From contig AP026144.1 in assembly GCA_030295235.1 (NCBI GenBank), positions 1 to 64,000 on the forward strand: a DNA stretch of 64,000 nt, in the 5' to 3' direction. The notes under the pieces are model-generated. The model was not told where the DNA came from. It saw nothing but the letters and a program-made list of their open reading frames with translations, and did not search any database. Position 1 is the stretch's first letter. Each line of letters opens with the position of its first letter. This DNA comes from Fistulifera solaris. Its lineage: Eukaryota. This document shows, piece by piece, positions 21,984 through 32,390 of the stretch. A program made the translations under genes and the position numbers.

Positions 21984-22535
21984 TGTGTCACTCTTGTTTT
22001 CGGAAAGAAAATAAGCACTTTTGTATTTCCTGCTATTTTCGTTTCAAGCCGAAATAATGGTGATCGGTGATCGAGACAAATGAATGAAGGAATAATCTCG
22101 TTATCTTTAAGAAAAAATTACCCGCTTATTCGTTAATTGCTCTGTATCACTGCTGAAGAAAGAATCACGAACATTGATTGAATCGAATGCAATTGTTTGG
22201 AATTAATTATGATGATAATATGAACATGAAGAATCATGAATCATCATTCATCATAAAAACCGGCCGGTCGCATCAATATTTTTTCAAACTGAACCGTTGA
22301 AGGCCGGCTGGCGATTGTTGTCCGAGTTCAAACCCACAACGGAAAATATAAAACGGGTACCGGTAAGACTATTTCCACGACCACGAGTCACAAATAGAGG
22401 AGAGAGGAGTCTTTGCAGTGTACCGGTCCCTGGTACCAGGTACCGGTACGGGGTACATTGTACCTACTTTCTTTCCTTGCAACAACACGGAACATCATTC
22501 GAAGAACTAACTGGTCATAAACACTATTGCTACGG

Positions 22536-23316
22536 ATGAGCGTTTCGCAACCACAACGAAAACAGAGAAAAGGATTTCCATCTTATTATTATTCCATTGC
22601 TTTCGCTTTTGTTGGGTGTTCTGTGTTGCTGCGGACGTTCCAGAGAGGCAACGTAGACCTTCAAACAAGTGGCTATCGTGATTCAAATGATGATTCTTTA
22701 TCATTGAATGCAATGAAATACGTACAAATCGAACAGGGGCAGCTTGATGGGAGAAACAACTCGTTTCTCAAATATAAGGTGAATCAGTCGTCAACAGGAA
22801 ATGATATGTCGATGAAAGAATGGGCTCAATCGCTCCATAGCGACTACGAATCCTTCAATACTCTTTTGTCTTCCTGTCCCTTTGATGCCTTTTTTCTGGG
22901 AATGTGCACCCACAATCGATGGCTCGAATCGTATGGAATTCGTTCTCGTCGATGCTCCGGCACTAGCACAATTTGCACGGAATGCACCCGATCGACAGGC
23001 CTTTCGAGCTCATTTTCCTTCCGAGCATAACGAGGTTGCTGCGTTTCCCAGTTTAGGAAAAGATGCTCTCTTGTTGGCTCCAAACACACAATCAGCGCAA
23101 CCTTTTACGGACTTTGCCTATTTTACTCGACACGCAGCTGCTTTACAGCAAAAAGCAATGTATCAGCGTCTCTCTCAAGTCTTACAAGAACAGATTTCTA
23201 ACCCGGAGAGGAAACCTCTTTGGTTGTCGACCTCCGGAATGGGAATTGCGTGGTTACACATTCGTATGGATTCCCGACCAAAGTACTACAGTTACAAGCC
23301 CTATACAACAGTGTAA
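22536..23316 (+). CDS. Conserved hypothetical protein (DUF6940-like) with N-terminal TM; one frameshift at T-run about 22890
   Basis: FFWE..P, EFVL, DALLLAP, WLSTSGMGIAWLHIRMDSRPKYY motif. Confidence 0.7.
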
Positions 23317-23396
23317 TATGTAATATGTATCATACAACAAATGAAAAATCAATGTAATTCGTACGTGTAATTACCCACAGCACACATTTTGTTGCT

Positions 23397-24803
23397 TCAG
23401 TAACTCCGAGCGAGTTGCATGGAGCAAAAACGACACTGCCCTCTTCCTCCACAAACTCGAAGTTTCTCCGCATCATTGCCACTTGTACATTGCGCTAAGC
23501 GATTGTTGTGTTCCATTCGGGCCCACAGTTCGACTTCTTCGGGGGACTGCCCTAATGGCATCGACGTTCCTCCGTATTCAGGCGGCAAGTGCTCCAGTGC
23601 GATTCGCTGTTGCATCGTCTGACGAATCTCTTCGGCTCCCCGAAGAATGTGAATCTTCTCCAGCGTGACTGGGTCCACCCAGGGCTTGACGACACTCCAA
23701 ATCATCTTGAACCAACTTGGAACGTTGATAATGTACACCGTCCCCGCTCGTTCGGGATAATGTTGATTGCAAAAGGCACTCGCGCGCTTGACAAAATCCA
23801 TAACATCGCCCATGAAATCACCAAAGCGAATCCCATGCAGATCGATAATATACAACGACTTGGCAGAGTCACTTCGTTCAACAATTTGCCATTGATATTC
23901 AACAATCATGGCATAATGCTGCAACAAGTCTTCGACCGACACGCCGCCTTCCCGCAAGGCTTTCAAGTTTGTCTTGGCTGGTATCTCATAAAAACAGGGT
24001 TCGTTGTTTTTGCCCCGCATATGAAAGTAATGCAAGTAATGTTGCTTGATCAAAGCGAAACGAGGATTCGGTCGACGTAAAATTGTATCGATTCCCATTT
24101 CTTTTCGCCATTGTAGAGTAGCGCGATATCGGCGCCAGCCTTCTTCAACATTGCCTTTGCCGGCTCGTAAAAATCGTTCGGGTAATTCCGACGGAGGAGA
24201 CGGCGGTGGTAAGGGTGCTTGCCAGATGGCCCGACATGACGTCGGCCGTTGACCAGGTGATAACGATGCCGATGATGTTGATGCAGTGGGCGCAAGCGAC
24301 ATGGTTTCCGTATGTCCCCCACGGGGTATCATTTCGGTCGATCCTTCTTCGGAGCACGAATCGAATTCATCAAGTGTTTTACCATTGCCGTATTCGTGAG
24401 CATCGTAAAAAGTAGTCTCTACGCCATTTCCTTCCGGATCCAGTGTTCCTAGTACAATTCTTCCCTGATAGCAATGTCCCTTTTTCGGTTTTCGAAGAGC
24501 ACGTGAATTCTCTGACTGCAAAGATGATGGGGGCACTAAAGGCTTGCTCTTGTTTGTCGCTTTCGTTTTGACGTTGCTGTTTTGATTCTTGTTTTTAGGT
24601 GACTTGAGAAAATGAATCGGTTCAAAGGAGAGAGCTGCGAGTAAATCATCGAGGTGATGTTTATGTTTGTGCTTGTCCTTTGCATTCGCAGTAAGAGATT
24701 CCGAATGGTTCAAGAAGAGAAACATGATGCTTTCTGTTCTAATAGATTGCTGTTTTGTGAGAAATGGTAAAATCAACCAGGAAAAGAACCTTGTTGAGAG
24801 CAT
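23397..24803 (-). CDS. CRAL-TRIO/Sec14 lipid-binding protein
   Basis: RFLRA..G, TLQWRKE, IIDLHG, HYPERAG.VYIINVPSWFKMIWSVVKPWVDPVT, LPPEYGG. Confidence 0.93.
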   Translation of the reverse strand: MLSTRFFSWLILPFLTKQQSIRTESIMFLFLNHSESLTANAKDKHKHKHHLDDLLAALSFEPIHFLKSPKNKNQNSNVKTKATNKSKPLVPPSSLQSENSRALRKPKKGHCYQGRIVLGTLDPEGNGVETTFYDAHEYGNGKTLDEFDSCSEEGSTEMIPRGGHTETMSLAPTASTSSASLSPGQRPTSCRAIWQAPLPPPSPPSELPERFLRAGKGNVEEGWRRYRATLQWRKEMGIDTILRRPNPRFALIKQHYLHYFHMRGKNNEPCFYEIPAKTNLKALREGGVSVEDLLQHYAMIVEYQWQIVERSDSAKSLYIIDLHGIRFGDFMGDVMDFVKRASAFCNQHYPERAGTVYIINVPSWFKMIWSVVKPWVDPVTLEKIHILRGAEEIRQTMQQRIALEHLPPEYGGTSMPLGQSPEEVELWARMEHNNRLAQCTSGNDAEKLRVCGGRGQCRFCSMQLARSY

Positions 24804-25534
24804 GCAAAAAAGTGCGTTAAACGAAAGAAATTAAGTCGTGATTCATTCACTTCAAATGCAAACTGGGTCGTAGACAATCATCGGGTGTATGTAAGCTCTA
24901 ATCGCGAAGGATGACAAAATAAATGTTATTGTGATTGAATTCGACACCAGAAAGGTACGTAAAAGGTACGTATTTTCAATCGTCGCGAAAAAAAATAATC
25001 ATCGCAAAACCGCTCCAACAATGCCGGCGTTCAAAATTCGGTAACCAGATTTCACTATGGTTAAAAAGTAGTCTTGGCACTTATGTCATTTAAATCCAAA
25101 AAGCGTTCCTTTCGTTGCGACATGTACAAAGATTCAACTCAAGACTCATGACTGAAAACCAGTCATCTTATTGTACTCGCGTATTTGCCATCTGTGAACT
25201 ATGATTGTAGGTATTCACATTGGAAATGTAGACTTCAGCGAAGAGCTACTAGCAGACTTAACTCAAAATCATCGATGATCATGAGTGCTAGATCTGTTCC
25301 CCATTTTTGGCTTCAAAACCGTAAAGAATGAAGAGGGGAAAAAGAAGAGGAGGCAGTCAAGCTAATGATTAAGAATAGATAAGAGCTTTTGTTGACACCA
25401 ATGACGTATCAAACTAGTTTACGATGGCTACCGTACGTGTGAGATTGTACATGAAATAGATAGACCGTCTTCTGCGAAACAATGAGAAAGAGCACAATGA
25501 AAGCAATTGGCCATTTGCTTCAATCATTAGTCGG

Positions 25535-28500
25535 TCATTCAGTTAAAGCTTGACCACTACCAGTACTTTCGGCTTCCGTCCACTTTCTCAACGTAGGATC
25601 ATGATCGGAAGGCTTTTTCCAGGCTCCTTCGAAAATTTCCGGTGGAAAAGATGTTACACTTTCCTCGACAGCCGTGGCAACCTCTGTCGCTGCTTCACTT
25701 TCAACCGAGAAAACCACAGCATAATCAGTTTCCGAATCCACGATCCAACTCGACCAGTGATTGGCAGCGAGTCGCTCTGCAAAAGTTCTTCCACTTTGTC
25801 CCATTTCAGGTGGAGCATTGTCATCATTGTCGATCACTTGCTCCAATCGCTCGTCGATAGCCAAATGTGCAAGGCGCAAAACGACCGCAACACACGCGGA
25901 ATTTAGAAGCACCGCTACAAGTAAGAAAGCACTATCCCACGAAACAGACGCATTGACCGAAAAGCATGAATCGATCTGCGCTTCACTTTGGTCTTCCAAA
26001 ATCTTATGAAGAAGATCGCATCGGTTGCCAATCATGAAAGTCGAAAACGTCGATATTTGCAGCAAAGCTGCCACAATGCTTAGCGCAAAAACTTCAACAG
26101 CGCTCCATGCATTGGCGATCTCGGCCAATGTAATCAATGCGAGCTGGCCATGCGTCGTCATGGGGACCGCAATGAAGGTAGCCAAGAATAAAAGAGTCGC
26201 GAAGGGCGTAAAAGCAGCATAGAAATAGTAGGCACACCTTAGAAGAAAAATGCCAGCGCCGTCTGAGTTCTCCACACTGTTCGCTAAGGATGAACCCAAG
26301 CTCAAAAGCGAATACGATTTTCTGCGCTTTTCACCAAGAACTATCCCCCCAAGTCCGTCAAATTCAAAATGAAAACATTTTCTTGTCATACCTAATCCTA
26401 ACAAAAACAGCGTGAGCGTTATAGTCGACGCGACGCAAATGCAGAAATTTTGAGAAAGCCTGAGTTTGTGACCTTCAATAAAATATCGATGATTGATCAA
26501 TGTCTCAGTCTCGTTACTCGATGCCCCCTTATGAGACAGCCGTACACGCCGGTGATAGTAGACCAGCAAGTGACCAGCAATGAGTGACAAAGCAGTTGCC
26601 AGCAAGAAACCGTAGAATCCAAAGAGCGGGGTAACATAGACATCTAAAGCCAGGGATTCGTTTTGCTCTGGAGATAGATCCAAGTGGTAACGGAATGCGA
26701 CGACGAAAAGTACCAGGACGTAAGTGTCGACCAAGGAGAATTTGCTTAGGGCATCCAAAGCCAAAAGGAGCCGCTCTCGTCGTGTGACCGATAGAAAGCT
26801 TGTCTCCGTGGCCCAAGATATGAGCATCAAAATCAACTTGCAGTAAGGCCAAATGCCGCTAAATGCGACCACAAGAAAGAAAAGGGGATAAATCTTAGCG
26901 TGCAGCATTTCTTTAGCCGTATTGACCAGAGAGAATTCAAAGAGTGGCGGGAAACGTATCGCCTCGTCACCAGACCTTATAACCAGATCCACTGCAGCTC
27001 CAACGTTCAGGTTGCTCGATACTAGCAAGAGAGTTGTTGACAAAATGAGGACAGGAACAAAAACTCGGAAGAAATACGGTACATTTGCTGAATGCATCAA
27101 GCAAGTTCTGGGTAACGTTTCGGAAACAGTCAACCCATCATCGCTTTGATCAAACATAATGGATGGGTCGTTGAACAGAGGTTCCTCCAAAGCGGGTATG
27201 GTTTGGCGATGCAATGACCTTTCGTCTCTTGTTACTGGGGCTGTCTTCAAAAGCAACAAAACGGGTTGTGCAAAAATCAAAACGGCACCGATGACCAAAA
27301 AGATTGAAGAGTAGCTAATCGGTTCGACTTCATTGTCGTCGGAGTGATTCGGTGGTGGCGTTACACCTTCACAAGAATAAGTGGCATGTGTGAGAAGCGA
27401 TTTCGACGTACTTGCCAGTAAATCCTTTGTAGATGTAACTGCCCAGTTGAAAAGTTGAAAAATGCTTTTCTGTACTTCCGGGTAATCGTCCGAATCGAGA
27501 GATATCATGAATGTTCGATTCCAATTAGGACTTTGCAGAATGACGCGCACTTTGGTCTGAAATCGTCGTAAGGTACTATTCGTGGGGTCGAATGACATGG
27601 AGAGGGGCATCAGTAAGCACTGATCGTGTTTCAAAACGTGCGACAAACTGAGCCGTCGTAACTCGGACATATTGTACGACAGTGCGGACTTGAACCAGAG
27701 AAAGATGCCATCCAAGTTGGTCTCCCAATCAATTGCAGCTGTAATGTTGAGCGGCGCGAAGAAAAAAATTCCAGCGGCGGTGACTAGTGGCTTGGTACCA
27801 ATATTGAATGTTGAACCATACATTGTAGACGTGTTGAAACGCTGACCACCATCAGGAGCTAAAACCTGCATTTCTTGAAAGCGACCAAGACTTTCAATCA
27901 GAAACGATTCCAGTTCGAGCAACTTAGACTTCACGGCTAATGGTGAACTAGCCCAATGCAGCTCAACCACGCGAGCCATGAAGTTGCCAATGCAATCCAC
28001 ATACTGGTTCAAATTGCCAATCGTACGCGGTTGATTGAGAAAGTCATTGAGGGAAGCCAGATATTCGGTGATGTTGACGTCATCCCCCGCATCAAATTGC
28101 TCTATATGTTTCCGAGCACTCTGATTTGACAAAGTTCCATCTCCCGAAGAAATTGTGTTATTCAAGAATTCGTTCAAAGCTTCTTTGGCAAAACCATTCA
28201 TACTCGCCTTGATAAGTGCTTGTACGAGCGGCTGGTAGTCGCTCAAAATGAGCCGAAATAGATTGTTCAGTGCGCCATCCAGATCTTCTTCCAGCGTTCG
28301 TACCGGCATCGATGAGTTGACACGAGGTATTAGTAACAAGGATGATAGACTCATATCAGCATTCAGTTCTGAAGCCTCGAGACGATCTACTCCATGAAGA
28401 AGGTCATCGAGAGGTTGCCGTGTTCTTGTTTCGTTCTTCGCAAGAATTCCATGAATGAGGTCGATGATAGTGTCCATGGTCAATGCCTGCAAAACTTGCG

Positions 28501-29791
28501 CTTGATAATCGAGTTGCAAATCCAATAGTACTTTCAACGACTCCGCATGTAATTGAACGGAAAAATACTCGATCAAATCATCTCCTTGAAAGATGCCATC
28601 GGGTATCGTTTGAATAATTATTTTCATATCACACCGTACAGTTAAATTCCGATTTTCCAGCAAAGAAGTGATTGCGTTGAAGCTCTGGATTCGCAACAAA
28701 TCCATATGCTCCCAGTGATCCAGCCCTGACACGATGGATAAGTTGTGCATTTGCAACTCCAGCTGTGCATATTGCGGCACAAGTATGGAGATATTCTGAA
28801 AGGGCAACGGGATCGTGACCCCGTTCGGTCGATGAATCACGATGAGAGATTGCATGACCCCATTCCAACCATCGAAACAAAAACCACAGGAGTAAGAGTC
28901 CTCCGTCTGATTATTCGGTAACCAGTGATGCGGTAACAGTCCTTCGTTTAAATGAGGTTGAATGAGTACATCGTTGAGCCAATCCATCGAATTCTTCAAT
29001 AATGGAACGTCATTTTGTAAGTTCACAAAGTTCGATTTCGTTGAATGTATTGTTTCGTCCGATATTTGTTGGTCTGGTATTACAAGGAGCGGTGTCAATT
29101 CTTTGGATGTCAATCGCGACGACGGCATCAAGATACGATCAATCCACTCATTGACTTTCGATAGTTGCTGTGTCATCCACGGATCGACTTGTGTGGAAAA
29201 CAAGGGACAAATTTGTTGCTGTATGGCGCCTGTCACATAATTGGATATTTGTTTCGCGAATACGTTTACAATTTTGGCCGAAATGCTTCCCGTAAATTGC
29301 AGATCTTCGAGTTGAATGTTGGTTTGACACTTTATTGTATGTACTGCTCGAGGTCGCAGAATGGTAGAATTAGGTGTTACTGCATCCGATGATGATGATA
29401 TCTGCAACGCAATATCCATTGCATGATCAGTACTGTTAATTTGTGCATATATTTCTCCTGCAATGATAGCTCCGGTCAGTTGATACGATCCTTGACAAAT
29501 CGCGGATACATTTTGTGCATTCCATTGAAGCGTGGAAGGCGCTGAATAAGTAGAAAGCAAAGCCCCGACTGTAAAGTTCGTACAGTGCAAATGACTGATT
29601 TCGATTGAAACAAGACCGGAATGAAATGATTGATCGGGAATGTTAACTTGCAAATGCCACAACCAACACGCGAGAGGATCATAATAACGGCCGTCCGAAG
29701 AATGCCAGCATTCAGAGGGAAATTGCCATAATTTTTGCCCAACAGCGATGCGGCGGAATAAAAAGAAGAGAACTGCAAGAGAGGGACGCAT
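25535..29791 (-). CDS. 1418-aa membrane protein: signal peptide, BPI/LBP(TULIP)-like domain, C-terminal double PqiA-like domain
   Basis: FSGIWPYCKL, LSKFSLVDTYV and WSAVEVF PqiA-type motifs; KCQTNI...FAKQI...QQICP BPI-type pattern. Confidence 0.75.
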   Translation of the reverse strand: MRPSLAVLFFLFRRIAVGQKLWQFPSECWHSSDGRYYDPLACWLWHLQVNIPDQSFHSGLVSIEISHLHCTNFTVGALLSTYSAPSTLQWNAQNVSAICQGSYQLTGAIIAGEIYAQINSTDHAMDIALQISSSSDAVTPNSTILRPRAVHTIKCQTNIQLEDLQFTGSISAKIVNVFAKQISNYVTGAIQQQICPLFSTQVDPWMTQQLSKVNEWIDRILMPSSRLTSKELTPLLVIPDQQISDETIHSTKSNFVNLQNDVPLLKNSMDWLNDVLIQPHLNEGLLPHHWLPNNQTEDSYSCGFCFDGWNGVMQSLIVIHRPNGVTIPLPFQNISILVPQYAQLELQMHNLSIVSGLDHWEHMDLLRIQSFNAITSLLENRNLTVRCDMKIIIQTIPDGIFQGDDLIEYFSVQLHAESLKVLLDLQLDYQAQVLQALTMDTIIDLIHGILAKNETRTRQPLDDLLHGVDRLEASELNADMSLSSLLLIPRVNSSMPVRTLEEDLDGALNNLFRLILSDYQPLVQALIKASMNGFAKEALNEFLNNTISSGDGTLSNQSARKHIEQFDAGDDVNITEYLASLNDFLNQPRTIGNLNQYVDCIGNFMARVVELHWASSPLAVKSKLLELESFLIESLGRFQEMQVLAPDGGQRFNTSTMYGSTFNIGTKPLVTAAGIFFFAPLNITAAIDWETNLDGIFLWFKSALSYNMSELRRLSLSHVLKHDQCLLMPLSMSFDPTNSTLRRFQTKVRVILQSPNWNRTFMISLDSDDYPEVQKSIFQLFNWAVTSTKDLLASTSKSLLTHATYSCEGVTPPPNHSDDNEVEPISYSSIFLVIGAVLIFAQPVLLLLKTAPVTRDERSLHRQTIPALEEPLFNDPSIMFDQSDDGLTVSETLPRTCLMHSANVPYFFRVFVPVLILSTTLLLVSSNLNVGAAVDLVIRSGDEAIRFPPLFEFSLVNTAKEMLHAKIYPLFFLVVAFSGIWPYCKLILMLISWATETSFLSVTRRERLLLALDALSKFSLVDTYVLVLFVVAFRYHLDLSPEQNESLALDVYVTPLFGFYGFLLATALSLIAGHLLVYYHRRVRLSHKGASSNETETLINHRYFIEGHKLRLSQNFCICVASTITLTLFLLGLGMTRKCFHFEFDGLGGIVLGEKRRKSYSLLSLGSSLANSVENSDGAGIFLLRCAYYFYAAFTPFATLLFLATFIAVPMTTHGQLALITLAEIANAWSAVEVFALSIVAALLQISTFSTFMIGNRCDLLHKILEDQSEAQIDSCFSVNASVSWDSAFLLVAVLLNSACVAVVLRLAHLAIDERLEQVIDNDDNAPPEMGQSGRTFAERLAANHWSSWIVDSETDYAVVFSVESEAATEVATAVEESVTSFPPEIFEGAWKKPSDHDPTLRKWTEAESTGSGQALTE

Positions 29792-30315
29792 TTTTGATAA
29801 TAGTTAATGCTCTTTACCGTCTTCGTTCCTTGACATTGTAAAGAGTATGTGTTAAGATAACTGTCGACGGCGACGATGTAATATCCGGGTTTCCTTCAGT
29901 CAATTTCCTACGAGAGCTACGTAAAATTACGTAGCAATTTTATGCCCTTTCCTCTTTACGCTCCGTTTTTATAGTCAAATGAATTAATGACGGTTGCTGT
30001 TCATGGGTACGAAGAAAAAGAGTTCGTCTCGGTTAATATGATATTGGGACCAAGGAATGCAAATATGCACAACGATTCTCAAGAAGAGCAAAGCGTGAAG
30101 CTATTACTTGCGACAGTTGTGAACGCCGGACGCCCCGAGCCAAACATTGTCGGCGTAGATGTCTACAGAGTGACAGCAATATATATTTATATGCTAATGA
30201 TGTAACAGATTGAAGTGCGTTCAAAGGTGATGTGCTATTCGCGGACGTCATTAGTAGGGAATGTAAATGTATCGGAAGACGCGAAAAAGTCGTGAGAATC
30301 GTTCGTGGATAAATT

Positions 30316-31923
30316 TTACTCGTTGTTCCAGCTGGGGAGAGGAGAACCGAAGGATAAACTCATGGGAGAGAATACTGGAGACATCGCGTTGAGTTTACGC
30401 GGCATAGGCGTATCGTTCATCGAACTGACTGACGCCATGGATGAAACGGCAATTGTTGGAATTTTGACGTTTACATGTTCATTGATGTCGGAGACCTCGG
30501 AAAGCCAGGAGAGGACGTCTTTCGTATTGCACTCGAACGGATCGGGACGATCCAAGAATAGCTGAACCCAGTAATCAGGAATATCTACTGATGGCGAATC
30601 GCAACCGCAAGGCGTCGTCGGGTAGTGTGCTTTGTCGACAAATGGAGTACCGGGGAAATAACCGCGTGCACTAGGATTCAATGGAACTGTCTTGCGGGGC
30701 GTTGGTTGGCTTGCTTTCCAGTGAGGCGTCTTGCGGGGGGAAGTTGCAGCCTTATTCATGGTTGTCGGCGATAAAGAGTCTTTAAACGAAACCACCTTTT
30801 CGATTTGCTCGGAGTTTGGAGAGTCTTTGCCTTCCGGAAACATTGATGCCATCGCGTCCAAAACACTCGAATCCTTTTCCTCTTCGTGCGGGTTGGCCAC
30901 GATATCTCCGCCCGTTTTGCAGCCGCTCTTCCCTTCCGAATAAATGATTTCCTTGCCGTCCGTCTCCACCTTCGTCTTGCTTTCCAAGGATACAGGTGAC
31001 GACTCATCTTCATCCAACAAAGTGCCGAGGAAGGATGCCAACGCGGCGTCGTCAACGACATCATCCGTCTGTAAAATGCTCATATCACAGGTCGAATTGA
31101 TGTTCGAAGCTTTGGTCCAACTGTCGAGACGGCTCTTTTCAGGCTTGACGACCGAGAGCGGATAACGAAACGCTGTGTCCCGAACTGCGTCTAACCATTT
31201 CCAGACCGAGAACTGAGATCCCATTTGTGGGCGAGAGAGGTAGAGCTGATTCCATTCTTCTAGTCCAGGAATGATTTGAGTCGAAAGCAGAGACGGCGAA
31301 GAGCGGGTTTCGGAAGGAGTAGGAATGATCGGCAACGACATGAGAGAAAAGGGCAGCTTCTTTTCGAACATTTGATTCGTAGAGAGCGAGTTTGACATGG
31401 CACTCTGAATCATCACGTCAAATTCGGGGCTTAGAAACGTTGAAATGTCGTTGCTTGTCATCTTGGGAGTCGCCATCGACGAGGCCCTTAGCTTGAGGCG
31501 TTCCTCCGTTGCTCGCGTTTTCTTTTGCGTAGAAGTGCGCTGGCTTCGACGCAATGACGATGTGGGAGACTTGGTTTTCGGTGTCATTTTTGGAGTCAAA
31601 GATTGTTCGAAATCGACGGTGACTTGAGACTTTGTTGAGCTGGGCGGGAACGACAGACTCTTTTTTAATTCCCGAGAGACGCTACTCTTTTTGATGGATA
31701 AGGGTGATAATTTATCAGCGCGTGTTGTTGAAGAGGATTCATCCAAGAGATCGGGCATCTTGTCAATTTCACGAAAGAATGCAGCGTTGTTCTTGTCGTT
31801 GTCATTGATATCGCTGCGCGGATTGAGGGAAGGATCATTCTCCAATTCTTCCGTAGCGAACCAAGTCTCCCAATCCTGGACTACACGCTGGTTCTTAAAA
31901 TAATAATCGTATGCGTCGCTCAT
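30316..31923 (-). CDS. Hypothetical Ser/Thr/Pro-rich protein
   Basis: 535-aa ATG-initiated ORF, low complexity, no recognised domain. Confidence 0.65.
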   Translation of the reverse strand: MSDAYDYYFKNQRVVQDWETWFATEELENDPSLNPRSDINDNDKNNAAFFREIDKMPDLLDESSSTTRADKLSPLSIKKSSVSRELKKSLSFPPSSTKSQVTVDFEQSLTPKMTPKTKSPTSSLRRSQRTSTQKKTRATEERLKLRASSMATPKMTSNDISTFLSPEFDVMIQSAMSNSLSTNQMFEKKLPFSLMSLPIIPTPSETRSSPSLLSTQIIPGLEEWNQLYLSRPQMGSQFSVWKWLDAVRDTAFRYPLSVVKPEKSRLDSWTKASNINSTCDMSILQTDDVVDDAALASFLGTLLDEDESSPVSLESKTKVETDGKEIIYSEGKSGCKTGGDIVANPHEEEKDSSVLDAMASMFPEGKDSPNSEQIEKVVSFKDSLSPTTMNKAATSPRKTPHWKASQPTPRKTVPLNPSARGYFPGTPFVDKAHYPTTPCGCDSPSVDIPDYWVQLFLDRPDPFECNTKDVLSWLSEVSDINEHVNVKIPTIAVSSMASVSSMNDTPMPRKLNAMSPVFSPMSLSFGSPLPSWNNE

Positions 31924-32390
31924 GTTGAAAATGTTTAATGATCAATTGATTGCTTGATTGTTTGTGATTGTTGTAATGAGTGCTTGTCGATGAAGAACAA
32001 GGAAGTCGGGATCCTTTTGATTTTGGCCGTTTTCTTTCAAAGAAATTCGCAACAACTCGCAACGTCCATTTGCGCGCGTGACGGTCAAGTTGTTTAGGTG
32101 ACATCCGGGCAACACTACACTTTGAGTCGTCATATGGATGATATTATGAAGAAAGATACAGTTTCAGTCACACGAAGCGTCCAATCAAAATCATCAATGA
32201 CAAGTCTCGTCCGTTCGTCGCTCGATAGCTTTTTTGGGCTCCTCCATCTCCACCCAACACCCAATAACCTCTTCTGAGATGAAAAAGATTAAGAGAGACT
32301 CGCTCCATCCTTTATTGTCTATAATAGCATTCCATCTCTTCTATGAGATTACTCTAATCTGTTCTCTTTTACACTCTTAGTAAATTCAAA

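Noticed and set aside
29916..29935. Short palindrome GCTACGTAA-AA-TTACGTAGC upstream of the PqiA-like gene
   Set aside because: Single 9-bp stem; not enough to assign a function
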